Source: a virus | Reading direction: 5' to 3' (one strand) | IMG/VR virus record: IMGVR_UViG_3300042888_002665 | Length of the DNA stretch: 64,000 bases | Shown here: positions 1-9,261 of the stretch, one piece after another | How the letters are laid out: every line of letters starts with the position of its first letter | How positions within the stretch are numbered: position 1 is the stretch's first letter | Program-made: the position numbers and the translations under genes | Notes under the pieces: generated by a model | Told to the model about the DNA's origin: nothing | The model's input: the letters and a program-made list of their open reading frames with translations, nothing else | Database searches by the model: none

Positions 1-578
1 ATATTTTCTAATAAAACTTCATTAATAACATCATCCATTACTGGATTAGGAATTAAGGTAGATTTTATTTCTGAATTATTTAATAGAGCATGATTGATTA
101 TACCACTATTCATACTCTTTTCCCATTCTGATATATTAACAAATCCTAATTTTAAGTTATTAATTTTAGTATATTCTACCATTTCCCCAATACCATAAAT
201 CCACTGCATATGGCACCAATATATTACTGCTTTGGTGATTTTAGGTAGTTTATGATATTCTTGAAACCATAAACTATTTATTAAAACATCATATTCAGTA
301 AATGACACATTGGTAAATTCAAAATCGGTGTATATTACTCCCCTAACTTTTTTACCTTGATTAAATACTATACCTTTTTCAGCATATGCTTCTTCTAAAG
401 CTGGTTCTAATTTATCTAAAGCTATAACAACATCATGCCCTTGAGATGCTAGATATTCTGCTACTAATATGGAGGAGGTATCAGTACCTGATCCTCCACC
501 ATTTCCATATCTTAATGTATCTCCATCTAAATAATTACTTCTTCTGCTATTCCCTAAAACGGTAAATAATATTCTCAT
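1..578 (-). CDS. GT-B (GT4-like) glycosyltransferase, N-terminal part; runs off the window edge
   Basis: Not in the ORF track. Manual translation from ATG at 578 gives MRILFTVLGNSRRSNYLDGDTLRYGNGGGSGTDTSSILVAEYLASQGHDVVI..., open to position 1. The GG-x-x(T/S)...LAxxGHDV pattern is typical of GT4 N-terminal domains. The start abuts the TAA of the upstream gene. Confidence 0.65.
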   Translation of the reverse strand, partial: MRILFTVLGNSRRSNYLDGDTLRYGNGGGSGTDTSSILVAEYLASQGHDVVIALDKLEPALEEAYAEKGIVFNQGKKVRGVIYTDFEFTNVSFTEYDVLINSLWFQEYHKLPKITKAVIYWCHMQWIYGIGEMVEYTKINNLKLGFVNISEWEKSMNSGIINHALLNNSEIKSTLIPNPVMDDVINEVLLEN

Positions 579-1841
579 TTATATAAGTTTTTCGTAACGT
601 GGACTCCATCCTTGTTCTTCATCAAATAAATACATTACTATTTTAGATGGTTTATCTATAGATTGAATATTAACTGTAAATTGATTATTTTCTAAATTTA
701 CATATTGGGGTTGAGTCTCGATTTGGAAATCATGTCTGTATAACTCAACATCAGATTTAGTTAATACTCCTAAAGTTAAAAATTTAGGTTTTTTAAATTG
801 ACATTTCTTAAAGAAGTCAATATCCCAATTAATAGACACATCATATTTATTAGTTATAAATCCTTCATCCCACGGTAATGAATTAGGTGGTTCATTTACT
901 TTTAATGTATAATCTTGAATTCTTTGTTTCTTAAAATCAATACCAGTAAATAACTCATATTCACGAAGTGTTCTTGCTGTACCTAATCCAAAACCAGTTA
1001 AATCAATACCATTATCTTCTTGATCAAATAATTGACGAGTTTTTCGACGAGCAAAAACATCACGTTCGCCACTAGTTTTATTAGTTTCTGATTTGATTCC
1101 ATGATCATCCCAATGTTTAGGGCGACCTTGGCGAGTATATTCATGCCAGATATAAGGACGATATGGGCTAAAGAAATCATATCCTGAAGTCCAAGCACGT
1201 ACACTCATTGTTGTTTCTTCTGTATAACCACCAAAGTAAATATCTGGATCGTATGGTACTTCTTTAATGAATTTACTATCTACAAAATAGAAATGACCAC
1301 TAATAGTACGAGCTTTAATAACTGTATTGCGTTCTTTCCAGTCTTGAATATACCAAGGCATAGACATCAATAGTTTATCGGAACTAAACTCGTATTGAGA
1401 CATTAATGATGGTAATTTCTGTAAGTTGCAACGACATGTATCAGCAGATGCTACATCGAATGGAGATAAATAAGTTGTAATTATAGGATTATCAGACATT
1501 GTTAATGCCTGTTTATAATCTTCAATCATCATTGTATCCCACCCCATTTCAAATCTATGATGAGAATCTAATTGTAATGTATATGGTTCTCCTTCCCATA
1601 ATTCAGCTACTTTATTACGAGCCCACCCTAATCCTTGACTTTCAGTATAATCAAATATTTGATATCTAACTTGAGGATGATCAGCAAATTCCTCTAGAGA
1701 TTCATCATCATCTTTTTGCCAGCATATTCCAAATATTAAATTCTCAGGACGATGAGCTTGTTTTAAAGCATCTCGCATAGTAGGAACTAATTGAGGATCT
1801 CTATATGATGCTAATTGAACAAATATTTTATCGTTTTGCAT
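579..1841 (-). CDS. GT60 / GlcNAc-transferase-like (GT-A) glycosyltransferase
   Basis: IFVQLASYRDPQL and LQLDSHHRF match the IFVSIASYRD and QIDSHMRF motifs of Skp1-type GlcNAc transferases. Confidence 0.7.
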   Translation of the reverse strand: MQNDKIFVQLASYRDPQLVPTMRDALKQAHRPENLIFGICWQKDDDESLEEFADHPQVRYQIFDYTESQGLGWARNKVAELWEGEPYTLQLDSHHRFEMGWDTMMIEDYKQALTMSDNPIITTYLSPFDVASADTCRCNLQKLPSLMSQYEFSSDKLLMSMPWYIQDWKERNTVIKARTISGHFYFVDSKFIKEVPYDPDIYFGGYTEETTMSVRAWTSGYDFFSPYRPYIWHEYTRQGRPKHWDDHGIKSETNKTSGERDVFARRKTRQLFDQEDNGIDLTGFGLGTARTLREYELFTGIDFKKQRIQDYTLKVNEPPNSLPWDEGFITNKYDVSINWDIDFFKKCQFKKPKFLTLGVLTKSDVELYRHDFQIETQPQYVNLENNQFTVNIQSIDKPSKIVMYLFDEEQGWSPRYEKLI

Positions 1842-2364
1842 TTTTTAATTCGTCTTCTGTAAAGAATTGTTTTAAATTAGGAGCGAAATATGATAGTGAT
1901 TTCTGTACTTTACGATCTTCTGAACGATATACTACAAATTTATCACCACGTTTTTCAAAGTGACATGGACGGCCAGATGCTGCTGTTCTAAATTTAGCAG
2001 TTGCATCAGCTTCTTCCTCTGTAGCACATGATTTAGATAAATTAGATTCCTGTACTTCATTATATGCAGCTAGGAATTTATCTTTTAATCCAAACGCCAT
2101 AATACCAGCTGATAAAACGTACATAATATCACAGAATGCATCTAGTACTTCTACGATGTCACCATCTTCAGCTGCTACTTTATACTCGTCTAATTCCTCT
2201 AAAATAAAGTTATAGATAAAATCACGTTCCATTTTTTCAGGAATGGTAGGTATTTTGTTATTTAGTTTACCGAATAACTTATTGAATGTTTCTACTTCAG
2301 TAATGAAGTGTAATCGATCATTATCGATCATTTTTTTAATAACTCCGTCTTGATAATTTTCCAT
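1828..2364 (-). CDS. MazG-like / all-alpha NTP pyrophosphohydrolase
   Basis: EELDEY...EVLDAFCDIMYV and EVQESNLSK motifs. Start overlaps the folE stop (TAATG). Confidence 0.8.
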   Translation of the reverse strand: MENYQDGVIKKMIDNDRLHFITEVETFNKLFGKLNNKIPTIPEKMERDFIYNFILEELDEYKVAAEDGDIVEVLDAFCDIMYVLSAGIMAFGLKDKFLAAYNEVQESNLSKSCATEEEADATAKFRTAASGRPCHFEKRGDKFVVYRSEDRKVQKSLSYFAPNLKQFFTEDELKNAKR

Positions 2365-3074
2365 TAAATGTATGCTTGTAGGTTAAATTTTAACATTTCT
2401 AATACTTCTTGTTTAGCTGTTTTAGCGTGGTCAGCAAATACACCTGATACTTCTGATGTCATCATACTAGCACCCATATGCTTAACTCCGCGACACGATA
2501 CACAATTGTGAGTTGCATGCATCATTACCATAATACCTTCATTACCTACAATTAATTTATCCATAGCATTATGAATAGCCATAGTTAATTGTTCTTGAAT
2601 AGCACCTCTACGTGAGAAATGCTCAACTACACGATTTAATTTTGATAATCCGATTACCTTTGATTCAGGACCAGGTACATATGCAATATGACATTTACCT
2701 AAAATTGCTTGGTGGTGATGAGAACACATTGATATTACTGGAATATCACGCTCTAATACAATACCATTATAACCATCTGATGGGAATGCTGTAACATCGC
2801 CTAATACTTCGTAACGACCTCTCCATAAATCATTAACGTATGCTTTAGCAACACGTTTTGGAGTGTTTGATGAATTTGGATCGTTTTTCCAATCAACACC
2901 TAATGCGTCTAAGAAATTACCATATGCAACAGTTGCATTATCGATAATAGTTTGTTTTTCTTCTACGGTTAGAGAGCGCTCTTTACCTTCGGTTTTAATG
3001 ATTTCTTGTAAATGGAGTGAGATACCATTTGCATTACCTGAATTGGTAATTTCTAAATTGTCGATTTTACACAT
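2364..3074 (-). CDS. folE: GTP cyclohydrolase I
   Basis: TPKRVAK, SMCSHHHQ, GLSKLNRVV, QEQLT and HNCVSCRGV Zn/active-site motifs. Confidence 0.95.
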   Translation of the reverse strand: MCKIDNLEITNSGNANGISLHLQEIIKTEGKERSLTVEEKQTIIDNATVAYGNFLDALGVDWKNDPNSSNTPKRVAKAYVNDLWRGRYEVLGDVTAFPSDGYNGIVLERDIPVISMCSHHHQAILGKCHIAYVPGPESKVIGLSKLNRVVEHFSRRGAIQEQLTMAIHNAMDKLIVGNEGIMVMMHATHNCVSCRGVKHMGASMMTSEVSGVFADHAKTAKQEVLEMLKFNLQAYI

Positions 3075-3159
3075 AACTTATTGTTTAAATTTATAACTGA
3101 ATTTAATTAGGAAAGACTTGATTGACAAGTCCTTCCATTATTTAATATTTTATTTGATA

Positions 3160-3471
3160 TTATTTAATACCTGCAATCTTGTACCAGCGATATGAAACTT
3201 CATCTAGTTCTTCTGGTTTTTCATGCATATTATCTTCAACTGCATTCATTCCAGAAGTAGCAGCTTTGTCTTCTTTAGAACCAACAATTTCATCGTATTG
3301 TTCCATCTGCATTATATCACCATCAGCACACATTTCGATTAATTTTTCAGCTACATCATGTAACATCATATCATCAGTTGCATCTTCGCGAGCGAATTCT
3401 AGTAAACGTATAAATAATGGAACATCAACTGTGATGACGTCCATTTTGTTTTCTTGTTCTTGATCTTCCAT
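3160..3471 (-). CDS. Hypothetical acidic protein
   Basis: 103 aa ORF with a TATTTATA motif 12 nt upstream. Confidence 0.75.
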   Translation of the reverse strand: MEDQEQENKMDVITVDVPLFIRLLEFAREDATDDMMLHDVAEKLIEMCADGDIMQMEQYDEIVGSKEDKAATSGMNAVEDNMHEKPEELDEVSYRWYKIAGIK

Positions 3472-3510
3472 ATTATTATTTGATATAAATATAGTAAAGA
3501 AATAAAAATA

Positions 3511-4107
3511 TTAAATAAAGTCAAACCAACCTGTTAGTATATATTTAGTTTTAGTATAACTAATTTGCCCCCTGTGTGTATGAGTCCAATCTGGGGGCCA
3601 TATTAGTAATTTACCTACTTCTGCTTTTTCTGTATGTTCTTGATATAGAAATTCTGTTCCACCATCTTCTACATCATTTAGATAGATCATCCAAACTAAT
3701 ACACGAGTACTAGTAGGACCATGTGAACGTTCGCAATGCCATGTATAAAATCCTTCACCAGGTTCGTATTTTTGTAAATTGAATCGAAGTATTGAAAACG
3801 GGGGTAGAACATCAATTGCTTGAAATTGTGCTGCATAATATTCTAATCCTTCCTGCACCGCAGGAAATAGAGTTTTCATTAATGGCTCCCATAATTCGAT
3901 CTCTTTTTCATCCCAACTACTGATTGAATCTGAGGTAAAACTAATATCGGTAGATTTTTTAGTTTCTGTTTTATTATGAGCAGACATCCCATTATCTTGG
4001 GATACAACTCTACCTGGTTTCTTTTGTGAAGATTTTTCAAATGCATCTATAAATTTAGAGCATTCTTCGGGGGTAAGCACATTTCGCTGTGAGTAGATAA
4101 ACTGCAT
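3511..4107 (-). CDS. 2OG-Fe(II) oxygenase (prolyl 4-hydroxylase-like)
   Basis: WHCE...YLNDVEDGGTEF...HTHRG...KYILTGW: HxD/E...H...K/R facial-triad pattern. Confidence 0.88.
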   Translation of the reverse strand: MQFIYSQRNVLTPEECSKFIDAFEKSSQKKPGRVVSQDNGMSAHNKTETKKSTDISFTSDSISSWDEKEIELWEPLMKTLFPAVQEGLEYYAAQFQAIDVLPPFSILRFNLQKYEPGEGFYTWHCERSHGPTSTRVLVWMIYLNDVEDGGTEFLYQEHTEKAEVGKLLIWPPDWTHTHRGQISYTKTKYILTGWFDFI

Positions 4108-4137
4108 ATAACTAATTATAATAAGGAAATAAATTAA

Positions 4138-5655
4138 TTACAAATTTAACTTAGACCCTATAGTAAAGAAGAATGTTGGTTTATCAAATGTAGATGGTAT
4201 ATTTGATTTTATATTAAAGTTAATTCGGAAACGTTTAGATAACGGAATATCGAATGAATTTCCTAACATAACATTAAAATCTTTATTTACTTTCATTATC
4301 GGATCACTTGTAATATAAGATGTCGGAGAATAAAGTAGAAACACTTCAGGTGTAAATTTAATTTTAGTTTTTGTTTCTAATGGTCGCATATAGAATCCAG
4401 TTAGAGATGGGCCATACATTTGATCGCCTGATCCTAAGAATCCAGCAATTAATGATACGTTATAACCTGTAACACCTTTTTTACCTAATAATTTAATATA
4501 AGTATAACCTCCAAATGTTAAATGGTCTGTAAATGTAGTTGCGTATGTTAATGAATAATTTCGAACATGACTGATAGCACCATTTGTAGTATACATTTTA
4601 GTATACTTACCTGTTAATGCTAATTGTTTGAAATTTAAATGAATCATTGAAGTAGCACCCCACGATTCATTTCCCATCAATGATGCTTTTGAAGCTGATA
4701 CACCCAATACTGGGGTAAATGTATTGTCTGCATTTTGCATTAATGCAAAGTCACCTTGTACTACTAATGGATTAGTTGTGTTTACTGTTTTAGCTTTCTT
4801 TTCGTCTTTCTTACTGTCTGATTTCTTCTCTTCTTTTTTGCTTTCACTTTTAGCATCGTCTTTCTTTTCTTCCTTACTTTCGGATTTGGATTCGGATTTG
4901 CTTTCTTCTTTAGATTCCGACTTTGATTCGCTTTTAGATTCAGACTTGGCTTCAGCTTTAGCCTCTGCTTTAGCTTCAGCCTTTGCTTCGGCTTTAGCTC
5001 CTCCCGGAGATCCACCGCCTCCTCCACCACCACCTCCACCTCCACCACCTGTAGCGCCTCCACCACTTGGAGCGGAACTACCCGCTGATGATGCGCTTGA
5101 ACTCGCTGTAGATGATGCACTTGATGACGCACTACTTGATGCCGTAGATGAAGCTGTACTTGATGCTGTACTAGCGGCTGCACCTGCAGCAGTATTAGAT
5201 GCTGTATTTGAAGCTGTACTAGCAGCAGTAGAAGCTGCGGTTGAAGCAGCAGTTGATGCTGCAGTACTTGCTGCTGTTGATGCTGCAGTTTGAGCTGCTG
5301 TTTGAGCAGCAGTCTGGGCGGCTGTCTGTGCTGCAACTTGTGCTGCTGCTTGAGCTACTACTGCTGAAATTGTATTTGAAATTGTTTGAGTTTGGGTTTG
5401 GGCAACTACTTCTTGTGCTTTACACACATATGCTTTCATTTGCTCATTTACCCATAATTGTACCTCTCCTTTAGCTGCTTCTTCATATGAAAATGAACGA
5501 GCAGAACTACGATATACAATCAATACAGAACCCCCGATCGGAACAGTGTATAATACCATTTGTTTCGAACAGGGGTCAAAGTATGCGTTGGTAAGTACTT
5601 GTGCCTTACTTAAAAATGAAACAGTTAAGAGTAAGAATACAAGTACATACTTCAC
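4138..5655 (-). CDS. Secreted low-complexity-stalk protein with a predicted C-terminal beta-barrel
   Basis: Signal peptide MKYVLVFLLLTVSFLSKA|Q. Successive QTAA, STAA, poly-G, AKAE, SKSE and KKEEKK repeat blocks. C-terminal ~215 aa show alternating hydrophobic beta-strands. Confidence 0.7.
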   Translation of the reverse strand: MKYVLVFLLLTVSFLSKAQVLTNAYFDPCSKQMVLYTVPIGGSVLIVYRSSARSFSYEEAAKGEVQLWVNEQMKAYVCKAQEVVAQTQTQTISNTISAVVAQAAAQVAAQTAAQTAAQTAAQTAASTAASTAASTAASTAASTAASTASNTASNTAAGAAASTASSTASSTASSSASSSASSTASSSASSAGSSAPSGGGATGGGGGGGGGGGGGSPGGAKAEAKAEAKAEAKAEAKSESKSESKSESKEESKSESKSESKEEKKDDAKSESKKEEKKSDSKKDEKKAKTVNTTNPLVVQGDFALMQNADNTFTPVLGVSASKASLMGNESWGATSMIHLNFKQLALTGKYTKMYTTNGAISHVRNYSLTYATTFTDHLTFGGYTYIKLLGKKGVTGYNVSLIAGFLGSGDQMYGPSLTGFYMRPLETKTKIKFTPEVFLLYSPTSYITSDPIMKVNKDFNVMLGNSFDIPLSKRFRINFNIKSNIPSTFDKPTFFFTIGSKLNL

Positions 5656-5658
5656 TTA

Positions 5659-6459
5659 TTACGCTCCTATTGCTTTACTAAATCCGTTAGGACAAGTTCT
5701 AGTACATACTAAAGATGCAACAACTGGTGCTACTGCAGCTCCGATTGCAATGCCAACTCCTGCTGGAGTAGCCCACAATGCAGCCGAATCTAAACTATAG
5801 TAAATACAATTTGAACATACATTTTTCAATAATTGTGGATCAACATTTCCACCAACACCAGGTATTGCTAAAAATCCGTCTGCTACTATTGAACCCATTG
5901 CTGTTGCTGCTACTGATTTAGCTGCCATATCTGCTGTATAAAGAACAGGTGTAGCCATTAATGATAATGTAGTTGAAGTTGCTGCTCCAGCTGGTTGAGC
6001 TGGTGTGAATGCTGCAACACATCCCATAGAGATTGCTGCGGTTATTCCAATCGTACAAGCATTTGCATCTGCCCAATTATATGCAGCTACTGCACCTGCT
6101 GCCACTATTTCAACACCCGCAACAATTTGTTGTTCAGCTTGTTTAGATAATTGAACAAATTCGTTTTGAGTTACATCGAATCCTACCTTTGCAAATTCTT
6201 CGGTAGTACTTGCAATAGTACACGCTGCACTTTCTACTCTGTGTGCACTATCGGTAGCAAATGCTACTGAATAGTTGTATGCATCTTCTACACTACCTAT
6301 TGCAGTGTTTATACCACTTCCAATTGGTTGAATTACATTATCATTAATTGCATTTCCTGCATCTACAAATGCATTACCAATTGGCTGAATAACATTATCA
6401 TTAATTGCATTTCCCGCATCTACGAATGCGTTTTCAATTGCTTTTCCGGCTCCGCCCAT
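5659..6459 (-). CDS. Ala/Gly-rich protein with a 19-aa tandem repeat and a hydrophobic, Cys-containing C-terminus
   Basis: NAFVDAGNAINDNVIQPIG occurs twice. Hydrophobic helices and Cys pairs in the C-terminal half. Confidence 0.7.
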   Translation of the reverse strand: MGGAGKAIENAFVDAGNAINDNVIQPIGNAFVDAGNAINDNVIQPIGSGINTAIGSVEDAYNYSVAFATDSAHRVESAACTIASTTEEFAKVGFDVTQNEFVQLSKQAEQQIVAGVEIVAAGAVAAYNWADANACTIGITAAISMGCVAAFTPAQPAGAATSTTLSLMATPVLYTADMAAKSVAATAMGSIVADGFLAIPGVGGNVDPQLLKNVCSNCIYYSLDSAALWATPAGVGIAIGAAVAPVVASLVCTRTCPNGFSKAIGA

Positions 6460-6470
6460 ATTTTTTTAGT

Positions 6471-6779
6471 TTAGTTTATTTCCATTCTCATTAAATATAA
6501 CTCGTTGTTTTCAAACCAATCTTTGAATCCAAACATTTTTGCTAATTTCTTTGCTTTAAGATTACCCTTTAAAGGTGCTCCGTATATTTCATTATATCCT
6601 TCTTTTTTAAAATTATTAAGAATACCATCATAGATATACATCATTCTTTTAAAAAAGGAATGTGACCAAATATTCTCATCAAAAGTTATATGCATTGCAA
6701 TCTTACTTTTATTGAATAGATAATCACATTCTACTAATACATCTTTATCTTCATATAACGTTACTCTTATTGGTAGCAT
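6471..6779 (-). CDS. Small GNAT-fold-like protein (putative)
   Basis: C-terminal NLKAKKLAKMFGF resembles the GNAT N-x-x-A-x-x-x-x-x-x-x-GF motif. Confidence 0.45.
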   Translation of the reverse strand: MLPIRVTLYEDKDVLVECDYLFNKSKIAMHITFDENIWSHSFFKRMMYIYDGILNNFKKEGYNEIYGAPLKGNLKAKKLAKMFGFKDWFENNELYLMRMEIN

Positions 6780-6791
6780 AATTACTTTATA

Positions 6792-7634
6792 TTAAGCAAG
6801 TAATTTGTAATACTCTTTAAAATGTTTGATGCGATCTGGTAGACCAATTGTACCACCATTAACGCGTTTTGTAATTTGAGTAACTACAGCATCGGAAGCA
6901 CCACTATCAGCCATCTTGTGTAATCCGTTTTTAGAGAAAAACCAAGCAGCTGAGAGTAAGGCATATTTCGATGAAACCACATCTGGGTTAGACAAAATGT
7001 CTTCTCCAATGGACTTACCGAATGCTGTATAGTTCTCCTTTCCAGTTAGTTGTATATAACCTCTTCCACGAAACTTATATCCTTCACCTGATGCTTCATT
7101 GCCATTACCCATTCTACCTCCGTAGACACGAGCAGCAATTTTAGCAGGTTTGCGTTCGTATTGAGCAGCTAATGCAGCATTTGGGAAATATTTTTTAAAT
7201 ATTCCCATTAATCCTTTAGCTGAATAATTTAAATTTTCTTGAGTTGCACGGAACCCACCTGATTCGTGTCCGCACTGTGCTAAAAAGTGAGCTAAACGTA
7301 GTGGTGTATTAATACCAAATTTAGCTGCTGTATCGGGAATCATTGCGATTACTGCATCTGGAATATGTCCTTTTAAATTAGATAATTTTAAATTGCCTGA
7401 ATTAGCAATTGGAGCCGCAGGGGCAGCAGGTGCAGTAGCTACTGGAGCAGCACCACCAAACATTTTTGACCAAGTACCAGCACCAACAATACCATCAGCT
7501 GTTAATCCATTAGCTGATTGCCATGCTTTAACAGCGGCGTCTGTTTTAGGTCCAAATTTACCAATGGCTTCTATACCTAATTTTACTTGAAGCTTTTTTA
7601 CATCTTCACCCTCGGATCCTAGCTTTAATAGCAT
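6792..7634 (-). CDS. Endolysin: peptidoglycan-binding domain plus GH19 catalytic domain
   Basis: N-terminal GKFGPKT/ADGIVGAGTW PG-binding repeats. AHFLAQCGHESGGF, ENLNYS, FRGRGYIQLTGKENY and TKRVNGG GH19 motifs. Confidence 0.92.
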   Translation of the reverse strand: MLLKLGSEGEDVKKLQVKLGIEAIGKFGPKTDAAVKAWQSANGLTADGIVGAGTWSKMFGGAAPVATAPAAPAAPIANSGNLKLSNLKGHIPDAVIAMIPDTAAKFGINTPLRLAHFLAQCGHESGGFRATQENLNYSAKGLMGIFKKYFPNAALAAQYERKPAKIAARVYGGRMGNGNEASGEGYKFRGRGYIQLTGKENYTAFGKSIGEDILSNPDVVSSKYALLSAAWFFSKNGLHKMADSGASDAVVTQITKRVNGGTIGLPDRIKHFKEYYKLLA

Positions 7635-7680
7635 CGTTTATTGTTTTTATAGTTAATTATTACAGTTGTACTCTTTGTTC

Positions 7681-8100
7681 TTAGAATTGGATTTTATCCA
7701 ATTTGTAAGTTAAACCTAAGCCTGGTGTAAAGTTGTTTCCAACTAAATTACCAATAACCCAAATTTTAAGTCCTTCAGATTTTAATGGAGCGTATCCTAT
7801 CCACACGTTAGGCTTATTTACATTATCTACAGGTTGAATACCCATACCTAACATTAAGCGCTCACTAGCAAACATACGAATAACACCAAATTTCATAGTT
7901 TTATCAAAACTACCTGTTTTAGTTGATACCATTGGATCAGCATCATACTTAAAACCAGCATAAATACCCCATCCTTTTTTGATATAACCACCTGTTAAAT
8001 ATCCGTCCATACCTTTATTAGTAGCAGAACCGAAAAATTCTTGTGCGTTAGCAGCTACTGCAGACAAACACAAAATTGCAATCAATAATAACTTTTTCAT
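7681..8100 (-). CDS. Small outer-membrane beta-barrel protein
   Basis: Signal peptide ...AANA|QE, amphipathic strands and terminal Phe (GLGLTYKLDKIQF). Confidence 0.6.
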   Translation of the reverse strand: MKKLLLIAILCLSAVAANAQEFFGSATNKGMDGYLTGGYIKKGWGIYAGFKYDADPMVSTKTGSFDKTMKFGVIRMFASERLMLGMGIQPVDNVNKPNVWIGYAPLKSEGLKIWVIGNLVGNNFTPGLGLTYKLDKIQF

Positions 8101-8103
8101 AGT

Positions 8104-8817
8104 TTAATTTTTAAATATATTCTTTTTTATCATACGTGATACTATCCTAGAAGCTGCTGTTTCCAACGCTTTTTTAGTGGTAATTCCGATTGTTGATTGA
8201 TTAAATTTAATCTCATCAAATGAATCAGATAACGCACCTTGTTTTACTGTACTTGCCTCGCCTAAGCCTGAACCAGTGATATACTCAGCAGTCTCAGCGT
8301 TAACGAACTTAACTTGTAGACCCAACCGGGTAGTTTGAGTTTGCTTAACACCATCTTTTAATTTTAATTGCTCGTCTTCAGAAACAGAGAAGTCGTATAC
8401 CTCTACATATACAAAATATTGTGCAAGCTTAATTTTTCCTCTACCATCTAATTTATTTTCTGTAAAACCCGATTGAGACGCCTGGAATTGTTTTACCATT
8501 CTGTTCTTAATCTCGGCTTTATCTTCAGTAAATGTAAATCGATTTGTTTCTTCTAAAAATTCAACTACAATATTTGTTAAACCTAAACCAACACGTTTGT
8601 CTTTAAGTTCAGGATACATTGCAAATATCTCATCTGTAATTCCAATACTTAATAATTGAATTGGGATTTTAGGTCCTTCATAATCAGATACAACATCAAT
8701 TGATTGTTTCTTTTCAAAATCAGCTTGGTATGCTTCTGTCTTTACAGAACCAATAGTTTGTCCAAGCACTGGTAAACATAATAAAGACAGGAATAATACC
8801 AATAAATTATCCTTCAT
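8104..8817 (-). CDS. CsgG/HfaB-like protein
   Basis: Signal peptide. LTNIVVEFLEETNRFTFTEDK...YFVYVEVYDF...RLGLQVKFVNAETAEYI..G.GEA follows the CsgG/TolB-N-like pattern. Confidence 0.65.
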   Translation of the reverse strand: MKDNLLVLFLSLLCLPVLGQTIGSVKTEAYQADFEKKQSIDVVSDYEGPKIPIQLLSIGITDEIFAMYPELKDKRVGLGLTNIVVEFLEETNRFTFTEDKAEIKNRMVKQFQASQSGFTENKLDGRGKIKLAQYFVYVEVYDFSVSEDEQLKLKDGVKQTQTTRLGLQVKFVNAETAEYITGSGLGEASTVKQGALSDSFDEIKFNQSTIGITTKKALETAASRIVSRMIKKNIFKN

Positions 8818-9103
8818 ATTCTTCTTCTTTTTTTTCTGCTTTAGTAGCTTCTGAAATTTGTTTTTTCATTCCTGTAAATTTATCTACTGAAGATAAACCT
8901 AATGAACCGAATGCTAATAATGCTACTGCATTTACTAATGATTCTGCAGGTGCGATATGTGCTTCAGAGAATGAATTTTGATACATTGTAATGCACAATG
9001 TTAATGCAGCTAATAAACCAACAAATCGTTTTGATGATACAGCACCTTTTTCATCAGCTAGTAATGAATTAGCACCTGCCATAAATTTTTTTAATATTTC
9101 CAT
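8807..9103 (-). CDS. Two-TM holin-like membrane protein
   Basis: SSKRFVGLL motif, two hydrophobic segments and a charged C-terminus. Lies near the endolysin. Confidence 0.55.
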   Translation of the reverse strand: MEILKKFMAGANSLLADEKGAVSSKRFVGLLAALTLCITMYQNSFSEAHIAPAESLVNAVALLAFGSLGLSSVDKFTGMKKQISEATKAEKKEEEYEG

Positions 9104-9104
9104 T

Positions 9105-9257
9105 TTACCAAGGTTGTTTTGATATTTTAGCCGCTATTTGGTTTGCTTTATCATTCTGATTGGTAAAATGTAGGTATACAAAATACATCTGAGTGCTAAA
9201 GCCAATTACAATTCCAGCTAAAACTAATTTTGAATAAATTTTATATACCTTTTCCAT
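9105..9257 (-). CDS. Small single-TM protein (50 aa)
   Basis: Below track cutoff: MEKVYKIYSKLVLAGIVIGFSTQMYFVYLHFTNQNDKANQIAAKISKQPW. Fills the gap between flanking genes exactly. Confidence 0.65.
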   Translation of the reverse strand: MEKVYKIYSKLVLAGIVIGFSTQMYFVYLHFTNQNDKANQIAAKISKQPW

Positions 9258-9261
9258 TTTA

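Noticed and set aside
4724-5474. Long alternative-frame ORFs (4724..5293 +, 4782..5336 -, 5241..5474 +)
   Set aside because: Shadows of the low-complexity repeats in 4138..5655; stop codons are simply absent from those repeat codons.
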